DNA from: Lachnospiraceae bacterium | GTDB taxonomy: Bacteria > Bacillota > Clostridia > Lachnospirales > Lachnospiraceae | Reading direction: 5' to 3' | DNA length: 64,000 bases | Assembly (NCBI GenBank): GCA_045598365.1 | Contig: JAZLLV010000056.1 | Coordinates: 9,498-73,497, forward strand | Part shown: positions 57,146 through 64,000 of the stretch, piece after piece | How the letters are laid out: every line of letters starts with the position of its first letter | Position numbering within the stretch: position 1 is the first letter of the stretch | Notes under the pieces: generated by a model | The model's database searches: none | Seen by the model: the letters and a program-made list of their open reading frames with translations, nothing else | Told to the model about the DNA's origin: nothing | Translations under genes and position numbers: made by a program

Positions 57146-58630
57146 ATGGTTTTTAATTCAATACAGTTTCTTGTGTTCTTCCCGATTGTAGTGGTTATCT
57201 ACTATTTAATTCCCGGAAAGGCAAGAAAGTTCTGGCTTCTTTTTGCAAGCTATTATTTCTATATGTCCTGGAATGCGGTCTATTCCCTTTTGATATTGGC
57301 CTCCACCCTTATTACCTATTTAAGCGGTATTTTTCTGGCGGGTACAGAGAATGTTAAAAAGCGCAGGTGGGTTGTGGCCGGAAGTTTTATCGTTAATTTA
57401 GGCATTCTGGTATTCTTTAAGTATTTTGATTTTCTGTTAAGCAACATTAATGCCCTGCTTGGAGCAGTGAAATTTGGGAATATTGTAAATCCTTTCAGTA
57501 TTATTCTGCCTGTGGGCATTTCCTTTTATACTTTTCAGGCACTCAGCTATACCGTTGACTGCTACAGAAAAGAAATTCCGGTTGAAAAAAATTTCATAAA
57601 CTATGCACTTTTTGTATCATTCTTCCCGCAGCTTGTGGCAGGTCCCATAGAGCGCTCCGGAAATCTTCTTTCGCAGGTTAATAATCTTGACAGAAAGAAG
57701 TTATTTACATACGAAAAAGCGGTTTCCGGTTTTTCGCAGATGTGTCTTGGTATGTTTATGAAAATGGTTATTGCGGATAATCTTGCTGTTTTCGTGGATG
57801 GTGTGTGGAATAACCTGTATAAAGCGGGAACAGTGGCAACAGTAGTTGCGGCAGTTGCTTTTTCGCTTCAGATATATTGTGATTTCGGCGGCTATTCCGC
57901 AATCGCGATAGGTGCAGCCCGAATGATGGGATTTGATCTTTGCGAAAACTTTAATACGCCATATTTTGCAACTTCGGTGGCTGATTTTTGGAGAAGATGG
58001 CATATATCCCTTTCTACCTGGTTCAGGGACTATTTGTATATTCCGCTGGGTGGCAGCAGATGTTCCAAAACTAAAAAATATCGAAACATAATGATTACAA
58101 TGCTTGTAAGCGGTCTTTGGCATGGTGCTGACTGGACTTACGTAATCTGGGGTGGCATCCATGGAATTTATCAGATAGTCGGTGATGCCACAAAAAATGT
58201 CAGAGAGCGAATATGCAATATATTCAAGGTGGATAGTTCTGCAGAAAGCTTCAGACTGGGAAAGGTATTAGTGACCTTTTGCCTGACAACCTTTGCATGG
58301 ATATTTTTTAAGGCAAAGACTTTTTCTGAGGCTCTGCTGTTCTTAAAGAATATGTTTACGAAGCCGGATCCATGGACTTTATTTGACGGATCGTTATATG
58401 GTTTCGGAATTAATGTGCAGGGATATCATCTTGTCGTTTTTGCAATAATCGTTCTATTTGTCATTGACTATTGCAAATTAAAAAAGCAGATGGACTTTGG
58501 TGAATTTATTACAAAACAAAACCTGTGGTTTAGGTGGTTTGCACTAATAGCATTAGTGGTTATATGCGTTGTTTACGGTGCATATGGTGCTGAATTTGAT
58601 TCAGCACAGTTTATATATTTTCAGTTTTAG
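57146..58630 (+). CDS. MBOAT O-acyltransferase (AlgI/PatA/DltB-like)
   Basis: PVGISFYTFQ, FFPQLVAGPIER, YCDFGGYS, FWRRWHISLSTWFRDYLYIPLGG, GLWHGA. Confidence 0.93.
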   Translation: MVFNSIQFLVFFPIVVVIYYLIPGKARKFWLLFASYYFYMSWNAVYSLLILASTLITYLSGIFLAGTENVKKRRWVVAGSFIVNLGILVFFKYFDFLLSNINALLGAVKFGNIVNPFSIILPVGISFYTFQALSYTVDCYRKEIPVEKNFINYALFVSFFPQLVAGPIERSGNLLSQVNNLDRKKLFTYEKAVSGFSQMCLGMFMKMVIADNLAVFVDGVWNNLYKAGTVATVVAAVAFSLQIYCDFGGYSAIAIGAARMMGFDLCENFNTPYFATSVADFWRRWHISLSTWFRDYLYIPLGGSRCSKTKKYRNIMITMLVSGLWHGADWTYVIWGGIHGIYQIVGDATKNVRERICNIFKVDSSAESFRLGKVLVTFCLTTFAWIFFKAKTFSEALLFLKNMFTKPDPWTLFDGSLYGFGINVQGYHLVVFAIIVLFVIDYCKLKKQMDFGEFITKQNLWFRWFALIALVVICVVYGAYGAEFDSAQFIYFQF

Positions 58631-58641
58631 GGTTAAGGATT

Positions 58642-60054
58642 ATGAAGAAATGCATCCGGGCGGTTGGCTTTGCAATTCTTTTGATGTTTGTTCTTTTTTG
58701 TACATACAGGATTATTTCCTGGAAGGACACAACAGGAGATTATATATCAAGCATTGAGCAGCTCAAAAACACAAAAAAGAATACTGTAGATGTGGTATTT
58801 TTGGGGAGCTCCCATGTTTACTGTGGAGTAGCTCCGCACGTTCTTTGGCAGGAATTCGGGATACCTGCTTTTGATATGTCTGTTTCCGGTATGGACAAGT
58901 ACAGCGAATATTACTATACCGAGTACTTCCTAAAGTACCAGAAGCCGAAACTTATATGTATCGATACATTCAGCCTTACTTTTGATAAGGGTGATGTACT
59001 CGCTAACGATTATAGAAATATGCTTTCAATGCCGTCCTCATTGACACAGATTAATCTTGTAGACGACTATGTTGAAGACAAAGAGATGGCCATGAATTAC
59101 AAATTAAAGTGGCCCATTGTTCACACAAGATATAAAGAATTGGGAAAAAAGGACTTTATAAGTCCTGTATTTAACAGAGTCGGAAAGGGCGAAAATCTAA
59201 CCCCGATAGGCGAAGCCAGGGAGGGTTCCAATTACTCGGCGAATACAGATATAAAGGAAAGCACATCGATTTCTGCGGAAAATAAAAAACTGATTGATAA
59301 ATATATCTCTTTATCAAAGAAAACAGGAATTCCTATATTGTTCTTTTCAGTACCCTATGAAATGAGTACTGAGAGGGCTATGATTACCGCCGGTATTGAA
59401 GAGTATGTTAAAAATATGGATGGCATATTCTTTATGAATGGCTCAAGGGAAATCGGAGATCTTCTGGATGTTTATGAAGACTTCTACGACAGAACCCATT
59501 TGAGTTACAGTGGCGCGCTTAAATTTACCTCATGGCTTGGAGAATATTTGACTAAACTGGTTGAGCTTAAGAGCCATGCAGGAGATGAAAATTATCGAAG
59601 CTTTGATGACGATGTCATATACCACAATGTTCTTTCTGCAAATTATGCTGTTAATATGGCGACTTCAAACGGAGCAGCTCCGGATAAACTGCTTTTGGAA
59701 GTGATGCAGCATGATTTTCTTTCATACATTGTGACCTTTGGCGACAGTGATCTTTATGAGGTTTGGGAAAAGGATATAAAACTTTTGCTGGGTGTGTCTG
59801 AGGGGGAAACGTTACGAAACAGAGCACTGACAGGCAGTGGTCTGCAGATTTCTTTTCTTGACGAAACAACTGATTCGTATGTTTTCCGGTTTAACCGTTA
59901 TGATGCTGCAAAGCTGACTAAGGCAGAGAACGGTGGGTTTGACCTTAACATTCATGCAAATGAAGATACTACAATAGAGCAATCATCAAAAGTTATTTCA
60001 ATAACCGCTTATGATAATTACAATCAGGAATTGTTGGGAAACTGGTCCTGGTAG
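58642..60054 (+). CDS. SGNH-like extracytoplasmic partner of the MBOAT (AlgJ/PatB/DltD-like)
   Basis: N-terminal anchor, VFLGSSH and D..H motif (FYDRTHLS); directly follows the MBOAT gene. Confidence 0.7.
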   Translation: MKKCIRAVGFAILLMFVLFCTYRIISWKDTTGDYISSIEQLKNTKKNTVDVVFLGSSHVYCGVAPHVLWQEFGIPAFDMSVSGMDKYSEYYYTEYFLKYQKPKLICIDTFSLTFDKGDVLANDYRNMLSMPSSLTQINLVDDYVEDKEMAMNYKLKWPIVHTRYKELGKKDFISPVFNRVGKGENLTPIGEAREGSNYSANTDIKESTSISAENKKLIDKYISLSKKTGIPILFFSVPYEMSTERAMITAGIEEYVKNMDGIFFMNGSREIGDLLDVYEDFYDRTHLSYSGALKFTSWLGEYLTKLVELKSHAGDENYRSFDDDVIYHNVLSANYAVNMATSNGAAPDKLLLEVMQHDFLSYIVTFGDSDLYEVWEKDIKLLLGVSEGETLRNRALTGSGLQISFLDETTDSYVFRFNRYDAAKLTKAENGGFDLNIHANEDTTIEQSSKVISITAYDNYNQELLGNWSW

Positions 60055-60159
60055 TTAATAATGGTTTAAGTAAATATGAAGATTTGCCCAGTTGGTTGAA
60101 AAAAACGGCTAAATAGGATAGAATCACGATTAGTGATTAATCATATAAGAGGAGTCAAA

Positions 60160-61167
60160 ATGATAAATAATAAAGTGATTTTAATAACCGGAGGAACCGG
60201 ATCATTTGGTAAAGCATTTACAAAATATGTTTTGGATAATTATGATCCGAAAAAGATAATTATATATTCACGTGATGAATTCAAGCAGTTTCTTATGCAA
60301 AACGATTTCAAGAAAGAATATCCTGAAAAGTTTAGCAAGTTAAGATTTTTTATTGGCGATGTAAGAGACTGTGAGCGTCTTAAGCGTGCTATGGAAGGTG
60401 TTGACTATGTTATTCATGCAGCAGCTCTTAAGCAGGTTCCCGCGTGCGAATACAATCCTTCGGAAGCGATTAAGACAAATATTCATGGTGCCATGAATGT
60501 TATTGATGCTGCCCTTGCAACAGGTGTTAAAAAGGTTGTTGCTTTATCAACCGACAAGGCTGTAAACCCTGTTAACCTTTACGGTGGTACAAAGCTTGTT
60601 TCCGATAAGCTTTTTATCGCAGCAAATGCATATGCAGGCAGTAAGGATATTAACTTCTCAATAGTAAGATATGGTAATGTTGCGGGTAGCCGTGGATCAG
60701 TTATTCCTTTCTTTAATGACAGAATTAAAAAGGGCGAAACATCCATGCCCATAACCGATTACAGAATGACCAGATTCTGGATCAGCCTTACTCAGGGTGT
60801 TGAACTTGTAATCAAGGCTTTAATGGAAGCAAGAGGTGGCGAAACTTTTATTTCAAAGATTCCTTCTTTCAAAATTACGGATTTGGCGGAAGCAATGCTC
60901 CCCGGATGCGAGAAGCCTGAGGTTGGTATCAGAGAAGGTGAGAAACTTCATGAAATTATGGTCACAGTGGAAGATTCCATGACCACATATGAGTACGATA
61001 AGCACTTTATCGTATATCCTCAAATGGTATTTAATGACAGACAGACAATAATTCCAGGCGGCAAGAAGGTTCCTGAGGGCTTCTCATACAGCTCCGGAAA
61101 CAATACAGAATGGCTTTCCGTTGAAGAGATAAAGGCTCTTCTTAAGACAATTGATCTTGAAAAGTAG
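60160..61167 (+). CDS. pseB: UDP-N-acetylglucosamine 4,6-dehydratase (inverting), PseB
   Basis: ITGGTGSFG, SRDEFKQ, HAAALKQVPACEYNP, STDKAVNPVNLYGGTK, RYGNVAGSRGSV, RMTRFWI, GIREGEKLHE. Confidence 0.9.
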   Translation: MINNKVILITGGTGSFGKAFTKYVLDNYDPKKIIIYSRDEFKQFLMQNDFKKEYPEKFSKLRFFIGDVRDCERLKRAMEGVDYVIHAAALKQVPACEYNPSEAIKTNIHGAMNVIDAALATGVKKVVALSTDKAVNPVNLYGGTKLVSDKLFIAANAYAGSKDINFSIVRYGNVAGSRGSVIPFFNDRIKKGETSMPITDYRMTRFWISLTQGVELVIKALMEARGGETFISKIPSFKITDLAEAMLPGCEKPEVGIREGEKLHEIMVTVEDSMTTYEYDKHFIVYPQMVFNDRQTIIPGGKKVPEGFSYSSGNNTEWLSVEEIKALLKTIDLEK

Positions 61168-61212
61168 CTCTTTAAGGGCAAGACCTCATTGACACTTTTA
61201 TAGTGTATAATT

Positions 61213-61258
61213 ATAGCGGTTCTCAAAGTCACTGACTTGAAGTAACCGCTATTTTTGT
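61213..61258 (+). terminator. Probable terminator after pseB
   Basis: Outer stem ATAGCGGTT / AACCGCTAT, inner AGTCA/TGACT stem, followed by TTTTGTT. Confidence 0.6.
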
Positions 61259-61299
61259 TCATTTCACATTGCACAGAAATAATACGGAGAACAGTGGTT

Positions 61300-62928
61300 G
61301 TGATTATCGGCGAGAAAAAGAAAAGATTTAATATAGCGCTTGTGCTTAGCCTGTGTTTCTGGCTGTTTGCCCATGGCTACAGATTTTTTAATAATTATTA
61401 TACCCACGATGCCCTGATGGAGATTTTTCAGGATGACATTTTTTTTCAAAGATCTCTTGGAAGATTTTTGCAACCGGTATTTATAATATTAAGGGGATCT
61501 GTATGCGCACCCTGGCTTATTGGTATTATCTCACTGGCGTTTCTAGCTCTGTCTGCTTTCTTTGTGATTGAGCTTTTAGAACTTAATAACATTTTTTTCA
61601 TTGTTTCAGTGGTGGGGTTAATGGTATGCAACAATATTTTTACTGTTGCAAACGTGGCCTTTCTTCCATGGGTGGACATATTTGCTGCTTCCTTGTTTTT
61701 TTCTGTTCTGGCGGTGTGCTTTGCGAATAAGGATACATTAAAGGGCTATTTCGCAGGTGGATTTTTCCTGTTTTTGAGTTTGGGATTGTATCAGGCATAT
61801 GCAGGTGTAACGCTGATGCTGATACTGATTATGCTGCTAAAAGAGCTGCGTAACGGAAAAGATGTGAAAAGCACAGTGGTTAAGGGATTAAAAAATTGTG
61901 GCATGCTTGTGACTTCGGGAGCACTGTATTGGGGAATGTACAGGCTGGTGTGCATTATACACCATGTAGAACTTTCAGGTTCGTACAACAGTCTGGAAAA
62001 TTTTACTGCCTTTGAAAATATTTCGATTATTGATCTTATCCTTGGAACCTACAAGCATTTCTTTGTGAGTCTTTTTAATACAGCGACTTATGTGTCTACA
62101 TATATTGCAGGCATTAAAATAAGCTATGCATATTCAAGAATGTTATTTATTGTAACTTTACTTCTTATGGCTCTTGGAATAGTATGCATGGTTCTTATAA
62201 ATGTTAAAAGAAAAAGCAGCGTGGCGGCGGTATGCCTGCAGATATTTGGCATCATTATGCTTCCGCTTATGGCTGATTTCATATATATTGCGGCGAAGGG
62301 AATGGTTCATTCATTAATGGTCTTCTCCTTTTTGCTGACGTACATCATGATTATTGGATTGGTGGATGAAACCCTTTTGCTATATGAGGTGTCGCCTAAG
62401 ATAAACAGGTATGTAAGTGTTACGGCTTTTGTTTTGATGATTGCAATGGTCTGGAACAATATTGTGGTAAGTAATCAGGCTTATTACAAGATTGATCTTC
62501 AGATGGAAGCTTTTGAAAGTTTTACCACAAGGCTGGTGGGAGATATCGAGAGACAGGATGATTATGAGTTCGGAAAAACACCGGTGTGTTTTGTTGGTGA
62601 ATTCGAGAAGTCGGAGTACATAGGGGAAGTACCGTATATTAGGGAAATTACAATGCAGGGCGTTGGAAAAACTCCAATCACATATATGGACACGTTCTAT
62701 TCCTACCTGACAAATGTGCAGAATATTAATATAAACATTGTAAAATATGATGGTGATAAATCGTATGAAATAGACAAAATGCCAATATACCCGACTAATG
62801 GCAGTATCAAAAGTCTTGATGGCATTTTATATGTTAAGTATCTGAATAAAATAGTGAAAGGCTTAGGGGGCTCGGCGAAGCCCCCTTTTTTCGTTGAAAA
62901 GAATAGGGTTTTGATATATACTATATAA
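61300..62928 (+). CDS. GtrII-like (glucosyltransferase-domain) membrane protein
   Basis: FAHG..F.N...THD, SLGRF, LGLYQAY and many TM helices. Start placed at GTG 61300 (GGAGA SD); the ORF is open from 61255. Confidence 0.7.
   Translation: MIIGEKKKRFNIALVLSLCFWLFAHGYRFFNNYYTHDALMEIFQDDIFFQRSLGRFLQPVFIILRGSVCAPWLIGIISLAFLALSAFFVIELLELNNIFFIVSVVGLMVCNNIFTVANVAFLPWVDIFAASLFFSVLAVCFANKDTLKGYFAGGFFLFLSLGLYQAYAGVTLMLILIMLLKELRNGKDVKSTVVKGLKNCGMLVTSGALYWGMYRLVCIIHHVELSGSYNSLENFTAFENISIIDLILGTYKHFFVSLFNTATYVSTYIAGIKISYAYSRMLFIVTLLLMALGIVCMVLINVKRKSSVAAVCLQIFGIIMLPLMADFIYIAAKGMVHSLMVFSFLLTYIMIIGLVDETLLLYEVSPKINRYVSVTAFVLMIAMVWNNIVVSNQAYYKIDLQMEAFESFTTRLVGDIERQDDYEFGKTPVCFVGEFEKSEYIGEVPYIREITMQGVGKTPITYMDTFYSYLTNVQNININIVKYDGDKSYEIDKMPIYPTNGSIKSLDGILYVKYLNKIVKGLGGSAKPPFFVEKNRVLIYTI
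62865..62891 (+). terminator. Terminator-like hairpin lying inside the 3' end of the gtrII-like ORF
   Basis: AGGGGGCT-CGGCGA-AGCCCCCT followed by TTTTT. Confidence 0.6.
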
Positions 62929-63047
62929 GTATTTTTATGCGTTTGGGAGAGCATTAATGTTCCCGACCTTTATGAGATTTTAAGAAACGCTTATATATAT
63001 TCATAATAAACCAAAGGTATATTTTTGTTATGAATGGAGGCTGTTTT

Positions 63048-64000
63048 ATGGAAAAACTTGCTATTTTCGGGGGAAACCCTGTAAGAACCGAAAAACTTGG
63101 ATACGGAAGACAGTGGATAGAGGCAGACGATGTTGCGGCTGTAACAGAGACACTTATAAGCCCATATCTTACCTGTGGTCCTAAGATTACTGAGCTTGAA
63201 AATAAACTTTGCGAAATAACAACTGCGAAGCATGCCATTGCTGTTTCAAACGGTACTGCGGCATTGCATATTGCGTGCATGGCAGCAGGCATAGGACCCG
63301 GTGATGAGGTAATTGTATCAACAATTACTTTTGCTGCCAGCTCCAATTGCGTACTCTATTGTGGCGGCACACCTGTTTTTGCGGATATCAGACCTGATAC
63401 ATACAATATAGATGTTGAGGATGTTAAGAGAAAAATAACCGATAAAACAAAGGCAATCGTTGCTGTTGATTTTACAGGCCAGGCCGTGGAGCTTGATGAG
63501 TTAAGAAGCATTTGCGATGAGCACGGACTTTTACTTATCGAGGACGGTGCCCATTCAATCGGCACAAAGTACAAGGGAAAGCCTGTGGGCTCAATTGCCG
63601 ATATCACAACGTTTTCTTTTCATCCGGTTAAAACCGTCACCTCGGGTGAGGGTGGTGCATGCATGACCAATGATGATGAACTTGCGAGAAAATTAAGACT
63701 GTACAGAAGCCACGGAATCACAAGAAATATTGATGAAATGGTTAATAAAAGTGATGATCCCTGGTATAACGAGCAGGTTACACTTGGATACAATTACAGA
63801 ATAACAGATGTTCAGGCGGCTCTTTTAATTAGCCAGCTTAATAAGCTTAACAGATTCTCAGACTGCCGTAAGGCTATTGCGGAAAAATACGATGAAGCCT
63901 TTAAGGACATGCCGGAAATCTTTTTGCAGTCAACAATTAAAGAGTCTGATACAACCCGTCATCTTTATATAATCAGGCTGAATCCCGAAAAGCTTTCATG
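63048..64000 (+). CDS. pseC: UDP-4-amino-4,6-dideoxy-N-acetyl-beta-L-altrosamine transaminase (PseC; DegT/DnrJ family), 3'-truncated by the window edge
   Basis: Missing from the ORF track because it has no stop in the window. I translated MEKLAIFGG...GYGRQWI...LTCGP...AVSNGTAALH...TFAASSN...EDGAHSIG...FSFHPVKTVTSGEGG...LGYNYR. GGAGG SD. Confidence 0.85.
   Translation, partial: MEKLAIFGGNPVRTEKLGYGRQWIEADDVAAVTETLISPYLTCGPKITELENKLCEITTAKHAIAVSNGTAALHIACMAAGIGPGDEVIVSTITFAASSNCVLYCGGTPVFADIRPDTYNIDVEDVKRKITDKTKAIVAVDFTGQAVELDELRSICDEHGLLLIEDGAHSIGTKYKGKPVGSIADITTFSFHPVKTVTSGEGGACMTNDDELARKLRLYRSHGITRNIDEMVNKSDDPWYNEQVTLGYNYRITDVQAALLISQLNKLNRFSDCRKAIAEKYDEAFKDMPEIFLQSTIKESDTTRHLYIIRLNPEKLS

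Noticed and set aside
57146-60054. dlt operon
   Set aside because: No DltA adenylation enzyme or DltC carrier, and the MBOAT motifs look AlgI/PatA-like.
61189-61211. Perfect TTGACA and TATAAT hexamers after pseB
   Set aside because: The spacer is only 11 nt, too short for one sigmaA promoter, so no promoter was called.

Overview
A 64 kb chromosomal window from a flagellated, anaerobic low-GC Firmicute; gene content and order suggest Lachnospiraceae/Clostridia (inference). Nearly every gene is on the + strand. In order: (1) the 3' end of a ctpA-type protease. (2) A tightly coupled five-gene operon encoding a divergent Alr-fold racemase, a D-aspartate-ligase-type ATP-grasp enzyme, an AsnB amidotransferase, a stand-alone EctB diaminobutyrate transaminase and a MurE with a non-canonical specificity loop (EDAR in place of DNPR). 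This is the most interesting element: it looks like a cassette for building an alternative peptidoglycan containing 2,4-diaminobutyrate with a D-amino-acid bridge. (3) uvrBA with a candidate LexA box. (4) A larEBC-cbiMQO nickel-pincer cofactor/Ni-uptake operon with a structured, terminator-containing leader and no larA. (5) mreB-flgF-flgG-flgJ-recD2-comF-yvyF, with a strongly structured intergenic element before flgJ. (6) cdaA-cdaR-glmM. (7) ptsH, leuA and desulfoferrodoxin. (8) A large surface-glycan region: manC, gmd, fcl, a priming transferase, GT2/GT4 enzymes, a frameshifted Wzy-like gene, several GT-C-like membrane proteins, an MBOAT/SGNH acylation pair, pseB and pseC. I recognised no rRNA, tRNA, CRISPR-cas, transposase, integrase or phage gene. 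All family calls come from reading motifs by eye, not from database searches.
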